Positions 7,483-16,550 of a stretch of 64,000 nucleotides of DNA are shown here, one piece after another. Made by a program: the position numbers and the translations under genes. The notes beneath the pieces were generated by a model. That model was given only the letters and a program-made list of their open reading frames with translations, did not search any database and was not told where the DNA came from. Numbering within the stretch: the stretch's first letter is position 1; the number at the start of each line of letters is the position of its first letter. The stretch covers positions 62,001-126,000 of the IMG/VR virus record IMGVR_UViG_3300036944_001324; one strand, 5' to 3'.

Positions 7483-9498
7483 ATGTATACAAACAACTAC
7501 CCGTACGCCGGGCAGCAACAGCAGATGCAGGACACTAACCCGTCCTGCAAGCAGTTGCTCGCCCAGATCCCTCAATTCAGTATGCATTGGCCTGCCCCAT
7601 CCCCCCAGGGGCTCAACGGCGTGCCGCAAGCACTCAATGCAGAACTGCCCGCGATTGCCAACGTCGTCGGTAACTTCATCGGTGGTGTAGCGACCACCAA
7701 TGGTGCATACACCTACTACTTCAACGTACTGGCGTACAACGGCTTTCGCAACGACCATTTCATGGACTTGGTTGAATTCGCTGCGCGCTACTACATGCTC
7801 CTGCTGGAGCAGCGTGCTGTGGCGACGCAGCAGGAAGCGTTGTTGCGTGCCGCGGAAACCGCTGTGCAAACCTTGGCGTCTGTGACGGTTCTGAAGAACC
7901 CAGCTTTGCAGCAACTGCTCCAGCCGGAAATCTGGCATGCATGTATCGAGCTGGCATCCAAGTACCAGAACATCATGAACCAGTTTGCTCGTGGTGTTCC
8001 CCAGCAGCAGACGAACCAGGGCTACGGCGGCTACGCTAATCCGGCAGCTACCCAGCAGCAGGGCTACGGTACGAACACGGGGTATGGACAAGGCCAAGGT
8101 GGCTACGCGCCGCGCGGTGTTGTTGTAGAACAGTTCCAGCCGGCGCAGACCCACCAGGTCATGCCCGACGGCAACATCTACGTCGATCCCAACCGTTCGC
8201 GCCGTTCTCTGCGGGTCGATCCATCGATGGTGGAAGTGGAACCCAAGAAGTACTTCAACATCCCTGGTTCTGTCGTGCAGGAAGAAAAACCACAAGCCGC
8301 AGCTCCAGTCGCGGCCAAGGTTACGCACATGGCGCCTGGCCAAGGAATTACGGTCAGCGAAGTCAACTATCGTGTGGTCAATTCCGGCATCCCGGTGAAC
8401 ATCACATGGGCACCGCACAAGTACCAAGCTTACCAGCCCGCGTTCGACAAACACATGCAGGCGATGGTGGTAGAAAGCCGCCGCCTGGAAGAAACGAACG
8501 AAGTCATCAACGTCGCAACCATCAAAGAACTGGAGAATCCCAACATGAACCGTGCAGACCACGCCATCACGACCGCCCAATCCATCTATCGCGGTATGAA
8601 CCGCACCGAAGAACCTCGTGTTCAAAAGGTGGCCGCAGACCTGGATCTGGCGGCCCGTGCCATGACTGCGATGGCTTCGCAAGAAGATGACGAGGCAACA
8701 CAAAAGCTGCGCAACCTGCAACTGGTGGAAACCGATGCTGAGTACCTGGGAGAAGACTCCCTGATCAGCTTCGTGACCACTGCACGTGTTCGCCGCCTGT
8801 TGACCCAGATCACCGAAGGCCTCACGGCATTCACGGTGACGGGCTCGATCGTCACCAACTTTGCAACGCCACGACATCTGGCTGACGAGCTGTTCACGGA
8901 ACTGGGGCTGTGCCGTACGTTCGATGGGGTCGAGCAAACGTTGCGGGACTTCATGAAGAAGCACCAAAACGAGTTCGCAAGTGCTCTGACCTGGCGTGTC
9001 GACCGTTTCCTGCGTCGTGAGCTGTTGCATGTCATCCGCAAGCGCATGGGTGCGGTTCCTTTCAACTTCGACAGCTTCATCGACGACCAAACGGAAGTCA
9101 TCGAAGCGTTGGAAAAGGACTTCGGCCCGGCCTACAGCAAAGCGTTGCTCAAGTACCAGCATCGGTTCATCAGCGCTTTGTTCGGTGAATCCAACGTGAG
9201 CTTCGCAGACGACGAAGCACCACTGGTGTCGTCTGAGCCTCGCTGCACGGTGACGCTGCTCGACATCGATCGTGAAAACTTCGGTGTTCACATCGCTGAC
9301 GATGTCAGTCACGAAGTGTTTCCGACCAACTTCCCCGGCCTGCACGAGTTCATCGTGGCGGTGGTGAAGAACAATCCGGAAGCATTGCACCACTACATCG
9401 TGACGGAAGACGACTTCGTCTACGAGATCCATAGCTCTGTCGTCGGTGAAGGCGTGTACCTGATCAGCAATGGTCCTGCACTCGTCCAAGACGTGTAA
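7483..9498 (+). CDS. Conserved hypothetical protein with Q/G/Y-rich low-complexity segment
   Basis: 671-aa ORF, AAAGGA RBS, phage-type codon bias, hairpin downstream. Confidence 0.8.
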   Translation: MYTNNYPYAGQQQQMQDTNPSCKQLLAQIPQFSMHWPAPSPQGLNGVPQALNAELPAIANVVGNFIGGVATTNGAYTYYFNVLAYNGFRNDHFMDLVEFAARYYMLLLEQRAVATQQEALLRAAETAVQTLASVTVLKNPALQQLLQPEIWHACIELASKYQNIMNQFARGVPQQQTNQGYGGYANPAATQQQGYGTNTGYGQGQGGYAPRGVVVEQFQPAQTHQVMPDGNIYVDPNRSRRSLRVDPSMVEVEPKKYFNIPGSVVQEEKPQAAAPVAAKVTHMAPGQGITVSEVNYRVVNSGIPVNITWAPHKYQAYQPAFDKHMQAMVVESRRLEETNEVINVATIKELENPNMNRADHAITTAQSIYRGMNRTEEPRVQKVAADLDLAARAMTAMASQEDDEATQKLRNLQLVETDAEYLGEDSLISFVTTARVRRLLTQITEGLTAFTVTGSIVTNFATPRHLADELFTELGLCRTFDGVEQTLRDFMKKHQNEFASALTWRVDRFLRRELLHVIRKRMGAVPFNFDSFIDDQTEVIEALEKDFGPAYSKALLKYQHRFISALFGESNVSFADDEAPLVSSEPRCTVTLLDIDRENFGVHIADDVSHEVFPTNFPGLHEFIVAVVKNNPEALHHYIVTEDDFVYEIHSSVVGEGVYLISNGPALVQDV

Positions 9499-9508
9499 AC
9501 GTTAAAGT

Positions 9509-9552
9509 GGCATAAAAGAAGAGAGGCCTAAAAAGCCTCTCTTCTATGCCGT
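9509..9552. terminator. Hairpin of the GCATA...TATGCCGT family
   Basis: GGCATAAAAGAAGAGAGGC-CTAAAAA-GCCTCTCTTCTATGCCGT. Confidence 0.8.
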
Positions 9553-9591
9553 TTCTTCAATTGTATTTATTGTTCACAAAGGAAACTAACC

Positions 9592-10758
9592 ATGTCACAC
9601 ATCCACACCCTTTCCCAAGAACCCGCTGACGCACGACAAAAACAAATCGTCTCCATTGTGTCGGACAAGACCCTTCTTAACAACTTGGTCGACTACCTTG
9701 AAAAAGTCATGGGTAAGTACCTCAAGAACGGCCTTGATCCTGAACTGTATTTCAAGCGTGCGCGTAAAAGCATAGGCAGCGGTATTGCATTTGGGCACGC
9801 TGTTTCTCTGTCTGTTCTGCCGGACGTTGTCGGCGTTCTGACCCACAATGGCCCTTCGCACGGCACTGTCGACAGTTACGACAACATCATCGCAGCACAA
9901 AACGACTCATTTCAGTTTGCTCCCCTGCAGGGTTGTTTCAGGGTGGAGTCAGGCTTATCGTTCACGCCCGACTCAATGACGAGCCGGGACGAGCACATTG
10001 CCTGTGCCCACGCTCTGCGTAACGCGCAGCTGTTGGGAAAACTCCCACCCATTGTCCAGGCCACCGTAAAAGCCATGGCGATCAGTCTCATCACGCCTGA
10101 CATCACGGGGCCGAACTTTAATTCCGTTACTCGGTCGTTTAACTACTTGTCGAAAGGAAAGCCAACGACACTGGAGATACCGACACTGGACGCTTTTGGT
10201 GTCGAGGCTGTCCAGACATTCGAATTGCAGGATCTGTACTGGGTGTTGGAGCGCCACGTTCGTGCACTGTATGGATTCGACGGCTTTCTGCGATACGTGG
10301 TGGGTGCCGAACTGTACACACTTACCGACTCCGATGGCGGCGGGCGTAATTTCTTAACACCTCTCAAAAGTCTGGTGGATTACATCTGTCAGTACGACAA
10401 GCCTGTCACCTATCGAGATATCGATATTCGATCCGGCTTCAATAATGCTCTGCGTTACGGGTACGCCAATTTCTTGGAAATGGACGATATCAACGCCATG
10501 AGCGAGCAAGGCTTTTTCAGCAATCGGGTGCTGCATTTCTTGTTCATTATGTACTCTCAGTTGGTACTGGCGCTGGCTGTTCCAGAAAAAGGCACGGTTA
10601 TTCGACAGGAATCTACGATCCTTGGAACTACCGAGTTTGTCAGTGAAGGGGACGGGATTGTGACAACACGCTTTGTCCCTTCGCCACAAACGTCTCCCAA
10701 AAAACCAGCTGTCACCAAGCGTGACACGCTGAAGAACAGCAAGGTCGGTAAGCAGTAA
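9592..10758 (+). CDS. Hypothetical protein
   Basis: 388-aa ORF with AAAGGA RBS; no motif recognised. Confidence 0.75.
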   Translation: MSHIHTLSQEPADARQKQIVSIVSDKTLLNNLVDYLEKVMGKYLKNGLDPELYFKRARKSIGSGIAFGHAVSLSVLPDVVGVLTHNGPSHGTVDSYDNIIAAQNDSFQFAPLQGCFRVESGLSFTPDSMTSRDEHIACAHALRNAQLLGKLPPIVQATVKAMAISLITPDITGPNFNSVTRSFNYLSKGKPTTLEIPTLDAFGVEAVQTFELQDLYWVLERHVRALYGFDGFLRYVVGAELYTLTDSDGGGRNFLTPLKSLVDYICQYDKPVTYRDIDIRSGFNNALRYGYANFLEMDDINAMSEQGFFSNRVLHFLFIMYSQLVLALAVPEKGTVIRQESTILGTTEFVSEGDGIVTTRFVPSPQTSPKKPAVTKRDTLKNSKVGKQ

Positions 10759-10759
10759 T

Positions 10760-10802
10760 GCATAAGGAAGTAGCCCAAACGGGCTACTTCCTGCTATGCC
10801 GT
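10760..10802. terminator. Hairpin of the GCATA...TATGCCGT family
   Basis: GCATAAGGAAGTAGCCC-AAAC-GGGCTACTTCCTGCTATGCCGT. Confidence 0.8.
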
Positions 10803-10848
10803 TCTTTTCTTTTTTAGTCCCAAGAAGCTTGTGTTAAAAGGAGTTGTC

Positions 10849-10938
10849 ATGGGGTGCAAAAGGGTATCGCCTATCCGGTGTGTCACCATCCGCGAGAAAT
10901 TCAACATTAACACTCTTACCTGTTACGGTGCAAAATAA
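10849..10938 (+). CDS. Candidate 29-aa small protein MGCKRVSPIRCVTIREKFNINTLTCYGAK
   Basis: ATG at 10849 with AAAGGAG shortly upstream and TAA at 10936-10938; fills the gap before the MazG fusion gene. Confidence 0.4.
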   Translation: MGCKRVSPIRCVTIREKFNINTLTCYGAK

Positions 10939-10950
10939 AAGAAACCAATT

Positions 10951-11919
10951 ATGAACAACGATCTGATCGAATACGTCCAGCTTCTCTCCGGACGTGATAC
11001 AAAGACTCTGGACGGACGCAGTCTCAAGACAGCTGAAGAAACGGGTGAACTAGCATCCAAAGCTCTAGCCCATACTCAGTCGGCAGGCAGCCTGCATCGT
11101 TTTGTTACAGCTGCTGGTGTTTTGGAAGAGTGTGCCGACGTCATGCTCTGCGCCATGTCAGTCGCTTACAAACTCGGCTTTTCTCAAGAAGAACTCGAGT
11201 CAATGATGATGCGCAAAGCCCAGAAGTGGGACGTCATACAGCGCCGAGAAATGCAGGTGGTTGGTCCGCTGCCTTTTGAGATTCATATCACGGTGGAAGA
11301 TGCTTTAGTTGTTGATTTCAAAGCGGCTTGTGCTTCTTTGGGTGTCAAGCCTATCTTCCTTGCGCTACAAGACCGCGACGGAAACGCAAGAATGCGTGAC
11401 GTCATGACCAGTTCTGTACACCTCGGTGACAGTACGACCGCTCTGGTTGAAATGCACCGGATTGCCAACGGGTTGAAAGACCATGGTTTCAGGGTAGTGC
11501 GCAACAAGATCGAAACAGTGCCGTGGCATCCAACAGCTCCTTCTGATATTGACGGTGTTCGTTCGATGCCGCAAGGCTGCTACTTTGAAAGCCATTTGAA
11601 CATCTTGATCAAAGCAGCCACTGACGAAGATCGAGAACGCGTCAAAGAACAACTCAAACGCTACGCTACCGTTATCGGTGCTCACCTGTCGCGCAACATC
11701 TTCAAGGAATATTCTCCGACTGAGTTCACGGTAATGATGACGTTGCGCAGCTATACCGACGTGCGCGAAACGTTCCAAAAGAAAGTTGACTCACTGGTAG
11801 CCAACCTGGAAGCTGGTGGTTTCGAGTTGGAAAAGGTTATCGTGGAGTTCGCCTGCTACGACGATAAAACAAATCACGACGCTGCCTGGTTGTCTTATCC
11901 GTCGGAACAAACGGCATAA
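10951..11919 (+). CDS. mazG: MazG-like NTP pyrophosphohydrolase fused to an uncharacterised C-terminal domain
   Basis: The N-terminal ~95 aa carry KTAEETGELA...LEECADVMLCAMSVAYKLG, the MazG EExGE / EExAD metal-binding helices. The remaining ~225 aa are not MazG. Confidence 0.75.
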   Translation: MNNDLIEYVQLLSGRDTKTLDGRSLKTAEETGELASKALAHTQSAGSLHRFVTAAGVLEECADVMLCAMSVAYKLGFSQEELESMMMRKAQKWDVIQRREMQVVGPLPFEIHITVEDALVVDFKAACASLGVKPIFLALQDRDGNARMRDVMTSSVHLGDSTTALVEMHRIANGLKDHGFRVVRNKIETVPWHPTAPSDIDGVRSMPQGCYFESHLNILIKAATDEDRERVKEQLKRYATVIGAHLSRNIFKEYSPTEFTVMMTLRSYTDVRETFQKKVDSLVANLEAGGFELEKVIVEFACYDDKTNHDAAWLSYPSEQTA

Positions 11920-11955
11920 AAAGAAGGAAGGCCCGCAAGCCTTCCTTCTATGCTG
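11911..11955. terminator. Bidirectional hairpin between convergent genes
   Basis: ACGGCATAAAAAGAAGGAAGGC-CCGCAA-GCCTTCCTTCTATGCTGT. Confidence 0.8.
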
Positions 11956-12900
11956 TTAGCGAGAGTTTCCTGGCCCTGAAGAACTTCCTTCGTAGCTGTT
12001 GCCAGATGTGTGGTGGTTACCGTTAACACGAACGTCACCGTTGTGCGTAATCGTACCGGTATTGACGATAGACGCAGATGTGTTCTTGTAGCTGTTGCCG
12101 GTAAGCTCGTAGCTACTCGTAGTCAGTGTGTAACTGTTGCTACGGTACGTGTGTGTTCTGGTTTGCTCCGTGATGGACTCAGAAGCCTTGAGAGAGTATT
12201 TCTTGGTTTCCAAGTTGATCTCATCAGCACTCTTGATGTTGATGATACGTTGTTTAAGCTCAAGAAAACTCTTGTCCTTGTTCTCCATCCGGATATGACG
12301 GTTCTTGGAGTCGAGGAAAAAGTAGTTCCCGTCATCGTCTTGAATCTGGAAGAAGCCTTCCTTGGTATTCAGTTGGATGTCGTAAGCGAACGGTTCTTTA
12401 TCGTTCTTGTTCGTCCTCAAGTGGATGAACTTGTCGTGGGTAGAGATCTCGAAGAAATACGTGTTCGTATTGTCGAGCTCCTTATTCTCTTCACGCTCGT
12501 TACCCCACGCATACGTGACTGTTTCCAGTCTGCGCAGCTTAGGAGAGTCCTCGTACTCCACCCAGTAGAACTTGTCAGTGTCCTTGTAGCGGTAGATCTT
12601 AACCTTCTCACCACGCCTTACGTCCGGAGCCGTTTTGCGGTTGGTGTTACCTAACGGCATCCAGGTGGCTTTGATCGATGCAGTCGTTTTGATCTCGTTA
12701 TCAAACGCATTCTCGCCATCGACACCTTCGCCTTTGGATTTGTATTCCTCGGTGTTATCGGTCAGCTCCCCATCCATCATCGGCATGGCTTCTTGAGGAA
12801 CAACTTCAATTTCTTTGGACTTTCTCTTCTTGTTAGCGGCTACCGTACCCAAAGAGTAGAGTACTAAGCCTGACTTGTCGTATTCAGCTGTTTCTGCCAT
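11956..12900 (-). CDS. Probable baseplate central spike / puncturing protein (gp5/gpV-like; phiKZ gp164 position)
   Basis: N-terminal OB-fold-like segment (ATWMPLG..APDVRRGEKVKIYRY), then short beta-strand repeats typical of a spike beta-helix (...TYRSNSYTLTTSSYELTGNSYKNTSASIVNTGTITHNGDVRVNGNHHT). Divergent from SbcC. Confidence 0.6.
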   Translation of the reverse strand: MAETAEYDKSGLVLYSLGTVAANKKRKSKEIEVVPQEAMPMMDGELTDNTEEYKSKGEGVDGENAFDNEIKTTASIKATWMPLGNTNRKTAPDVRRGEKVKIYRYKDTDKFYWVEYEDSPKLRRLETVTYAWGNEREENKELDNTNTYFFEISTHDKFIHLRTNKNDKEPFAYDIQLNTKEGFFQIQDDDGNYFFLDSKNRHIRMENKDKSFLELKQRIINIKSADEINLETKKYSLKASESITEQTRTHTYRSNSYTLTTSSYELTGNSYKNTSASIVNTGTITHNGDVRVNGNHHTSGNSYEGSSSGPGNSR

Positions 12901-13047
12901 TGGGATTAACCTCTTGTCAAGGCACTTTTAAAATTCAATACCTTCTACTGCGGAAGGCAACCATAACATGCGTTATCAATTGGTAGTTTTGAGTAGCTTT
13001 TATCAGTAGGTACGGATCAGTATGTATTACCGTATCCCAAAAAGACA

Positions 13048-15540
13048 ATGAAAATAACCAAACTGCGGTTGGTGAAGTATCTTCGTATCACGGAAAGCGT
13101 AACGAACGTATTCGAGATCAACCCAACTGCTCCCACTCAATTCATCATCGGAACTAACGGTTCCGGTAAAAGCTCGATCATGTACGAGCTGTCTCCTTTG
13201 CCTGCCGAGAAAGCGTTCTACGCTAAAGGCGGATCTAAAGAGATACACCTCACACACGACGGCTCCTTCTATGTACTCATCAGTAACTTCGAGGAAGGCC
13301 AGCATCACCACTTCCTCAAAGACGGTAAGGAACTGAACGAAGGTGGAACGATCACAGTTCAAAAAGAACTGGTTAAACAGCACCTGCGTTACACCTCTGA
13401 AATTCACCAGATGGTCACAGGTGCTCGGCGTTTCCACCAGATGAGTTTGTCTGAACGCAAGTACTGGTTCACCACACTTGCTGATGCAGACTACGAATAC
13501 GCTATCAACGTATTCAACAAGATCAAAGATCGTGCACGAGACGTCAGCGGGGCCCTTAAACTGGCCAAGAAGCGACTTGTTATTGAGTCCTCTAAGCTGA
13601 TACCTCAAGAAGAGTTTGACGCGCTTAAACGCAGTTGTGACGCTCTGTATGAACAGGTGCAGTTCCTGATCGAACACCGTCAAATACCCGAGCACAATGT
13701 CAACGATCTTGGCACCGGCATTGAAGCCGAGTGGGCGAAGATAGAGTACAGCGCAAAGACTCTTCTCAGGCGCATTAAGACCCTTCGAAAAGAATTGCCA
13801 AATACTGAAGAAGGGATCACCGCAGAGATCAACCGGCTCCAGTCCGAGATCGCTGTTTGCCAGTCTCTATCTCAACGTTTCTACGATGAGCATTCCAAGG
13901 TAGCCCAGCTCTTTGAAGCTTGGCAGCAGTCTCGTCTGGAATCCATCGCAGAGATCGACAAAGAAATCACACAGGCCGAGAAAGACAAAGAGACAGCCCA
14001 AGCGTCATTGCTTCTCAAGCTTGAACAGCAGGCACCAGCCCAGGTTGTTCTTGCGTCGTGTGAAACCATTGAGCAATGGTTGCCTTCCGTTATTGACGGG
14101 TTGGTCAACAACCGTGAGCTGCAGTGGGGTAGAGCTGCGTTCGCAATTCTGAACGAAGAGATCGACGCCTTAGGCGTTCAGATCAACACAGAAAACAACA
14201 AAGCTGCCAGAGCCCAGCAGATCATCGATCACCAGCGACAGCACAAAGACGACGAAGATGTGAAGTGCCCGCGTTGCTCCCATGGTTTCAAACTCTCGTT
14301 TGATCCCTTGGTGCTCGAAGACGCTGTAAAAGCTCAAGCGCTTTACAAGACACAAGTGGAGTCTCTTCAAGAACAGCTTGCTAAGAAGCAAGAACTTCGA
14401 ACGAAGATGAGCGACTACTTCACAACGTACAAACACGTGGTCTCCACCCTTAACGCCACGCCAGGCATGGGTGTCTTTTGTTTGTACCTCCAGCAAAACG
14501 AGATCATCACCAACAGTCCCGAGAAGATAGGCCTTTACCTGAGCCACTTCAAACGCGATGCTGGTCAGTGGTCAGTCATTGAACGCTCGGAGCAACGTAT
14601 CACGTCAACCAGAGACCTTCTGGAAAAGACGATGGGTAGCGAGAATGCATCGAGCCACGACATTGCAGAGCGCAAGGTCAAACTCGAGCATGAAATCGCA
14701 GACAACGAACAACGCAAACGTTCGTTAGCCCTTGACATCGAACAGTTGCAACGCCACCAGCGTGATCTCAAACAGATCACAGAGCTGCAAACGCTGATCA
14801 CCGAGGCACAAGAAAACTGTAGCAAACTCACCATCAACGCTACGGAAACATTGCGCCGTCAGATCTACAACGAACTGCTGCGTAACGTACAATCTAACTT
14901 GGCCACCCAAGAGCAAGCGTTGCGTGCTTCTGAACGCCAACAATCCGTGATTAATGCAGTCACTGACGAAATCAATGGACTGATTCAGGATGAAGAAGCC
15001 TTGAAGCTTCTCATGAAAGAATTGTCACCCACCGAAGGACTGATCGCTGAAGGTTTGTTTGGTTTTATGAAGACGTTCATTCGTGAGATGAACAAGATCA
15101 TCAAACTCGTGTGGACATACCCTCTGGTTGTCAAGCCTTGTGCGTTAGAGTCTTCCGACAGCTTGTCGCTGAACTACAAGTTTCCCATGGATGTGGGTGG
15201 TAGCTCTCAGCCACGCAAAGACGTATCGGAAGGATCGGACGGTATGCTGGAGATGATCGATTTGTCTTTCCGTATCTCAGCCATGAAGGCGTTGCGAATT
15301 GGTGACTATCCCTTGTGTCTTGATGAGTTCGGAAAGACGCTTGACGTAACCCACAAACAAGCAACCATCGGTTTGCTTAGCGCGATCATCGAACTTGATC
15401 AGTTCGAGCAACTGTTCATGATTAGCCACGACGTTGTTCAGTACGGTTCTTTGGGAACCGCTGAGATCTGTGTTCTGCACGCTGCCAACATTCAGTTACC
15501 CCCTAACTGTGTCTTTAATAAACACGTCATTCTTCAGTGA
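13048..15540 (+). CDS. sbcC: SbcC/Rad50-like SMC-family ATPase
   Basis: Walker A GTNGSGKSS, long coiled coils, zinc hook CPRC at 14266, degenerate signature SEGSDG, Walker B LCLDEFG, H-loop MISH. Confidence 0.92.
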   Translation: MKITKLRLVKYLRITESVTNVFEINPTAPTQFIIGTNGSGKSSIMYELSPLPAEKAFYAKGGSKEIHLTHDGSFYVLISNFEEGQHHHFLKDGKELNEGGTITVQKELVKQHLRYTSEIHQMVTGARRFHQMSLSERKYWFTTLADADYEYAINVFNKIKDRARDVSGALKLAKKRLVIESSKLIPQEEFDALKRSCDALYEQVQFLIEHRQIPEHNVNDLGTGIEAEWAKIEYSAKTLLRRIKTLRKELPNTEEGITAEINRLQSEIAVCQSLSQRFYDEHSKVAQLFEAWQQSRLESIAEIDKEITQAEKDKETAQASLLLKLEQQAPAQVVLASCETIEQWLPSVIDGLVNNRELQWGRAAFAILNEEIDALGVQINTENNKAARAQQIIDHQRQHKDDEDVKCPRCSHGFKLSFDPLVLEDAVKAQALYKTQVESLQEQLAKKQELRTKMSDYFTTYKHVVSTLNATPGMGVFCLYLQQNEIITNSPEKIGLYLSHFKRDAGQWSVIERSEQRITSTRDLLEKTMGSENASSHDIAERKVKLEHEIADNEQRKRSLALDIEQLQRHQRDLKQITELQTLITEAQENCSKLTINATETLRRQIYNELLRNVQSNLATQEQALRASERQQSVINAVTDEINGLIQDEEALKLLMKELSPTEGLIAEGLFGFMKTFIREMNKIIKLVWTYPLVVKPCALESSDSLSLNYKFPMDVGGSSQPRKDVSEGSDGMLEMIDLSFRISAMKALRIGDYPLCLDEFGKTLDVTHKQATIGLLSAIIELDQFEQLFMISHDVVQYGSLGTAEICVLHAANIQLPPNCVFNKHVILQ

Positions 15541-15593
15541 TTGTTTAAAGCGCTTTTAAGGCCGTAATTGTGATTAGACTACCTACGCCATAG

Positions 15594-15655
15594 ACGGCAT
15601 AAAACAACCCCTTCTCTGGGCCTTTGCGGGCTTTTGAGAAGGGGTTGTATGCTGT
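15594..15655. terminator. Bidirectional hairpin between convergent genes
   Basis: ACGGCATAAAACAACCCCTTCTC...GAGAAGGGGTTGTATGCTGT. Confidence 0.75.
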
Positions 15656-15668
15656 CTGAATGTTTGGA

Positions 15669-16550
15669 TTACGCCAGGCGTACGATTTCCAACCAGTTTT
15701 GGGTATCGCGTTGTTGATTCGCAGCATCCACAGGGATGAACTTCGAAAAACCAATGCCTTCGTTGGACACCACAGGAATCGGGTTACCAACGTTGAGTTT
15801 GCTGTAACGACCCAGACGTGAGTCACGCTGGATGACGATGCGCACGGACGAGCCAGCGGTCAGCTGAATGTCTTTGCTACCGCCCACGAACCGACGACGA
15901 CGATCGAACATGTCTGCACGACTGAGCATACATTCAGCCAAAGGCAAAACGTACTCCATGGTGTTGCCTTGCCACACTTCCAGGAAGATCTTCACACCAA
16001 CACCCTTCATGGTGCCGTTGGTATACGTGATCGTCTGGTCGTCAAAAGACGCAGCCATGCTGGTGGTTGGGAAGAACCCCAGGCAGAACGAAGCATTGAT
16101 CGAATACAGACCAGCTGTCGAGATAGCGATCTTGCGGCGAGTTGCATCCAGGAATGCAATCTCGGCAGGACCAACGGTGGTATCACCCAGATCAAGCCAC
16201 TGCATGACGTGGGATGCGCTCTTGCGATTGTCGTCCACCGCGGTAGGCGATGCCAAGATCGTGTTGGTAAAACCAAGACCAAGTGCATCCGGATTGATCG
16301 AGAAACGACGGCGAGCACGAGCTGCGTACGTGGACTCAGGCAAGTTCTCGCGCAGGCGACCAAACGCATTCATGACCAGCGGTTTCACAACGGCAGCCTG
16401 CCAGATGGTCAGGTCGTTGTAAGTTTGTGGTTTCTTCAGTGCTTCACGCAGTTGTTGAGCCTGGGTGGTATTGCCCTGCAGTTCCTGCAGGAGCAAGCCA
16501 ATAGCTTCATCAGGTTGCGTCAGGATGTGGGTAGTGGTTGTGGTAGTCAT
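15669..16550 (-). CDS. Putative tail-associated protein with a beta-rich, possibly C1q/TNF-like C-terminal domain
   Basis: 293 aa; segment KIAISTAGLYSINASF; C-terminus TQNWLEIVRLA resembles that of the adjacent ORF. Sits in the tail-fibre cluster. Confidence 0.55.
   Translation of the reverse strand: MTTTTTTHILTQPDEAIGLLLQELQGNTTQAQQLREALKKPQTYNDLTIWQAAVVKPLVMNAFGRLRENLPESTYAARARRRFSINPDALGLGFTNTILASPTAVDDNRKSASHVMQWLDLGDTTVGPAEIAFLDATRRKIAISTAGLYSINASFCLGFFPTTSMAASFDDQTITYTNGTMKGVGVKIFLEVWQGNTMEYVLPLAECMLSRADMFDRRRRFVGGSKDIQLTAGSSVRIVIQRDSRLGRYSKLNVGNPIPVVSNEGIGFSKFIPVDAANQQRDTQNWLEIVRLA

Noticed and set aside
13048-15540. SbcC without an adjacent SbcD, read as an orphan SMC or defence (Wadjet/Lamassu-like) system
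   Set aside because: It has a zinc hook and Rad50-type motifs, and no effector or kleisin neighbours; in phiKZ-like phages the SbcD partner is encoded elsewhere in the genome.
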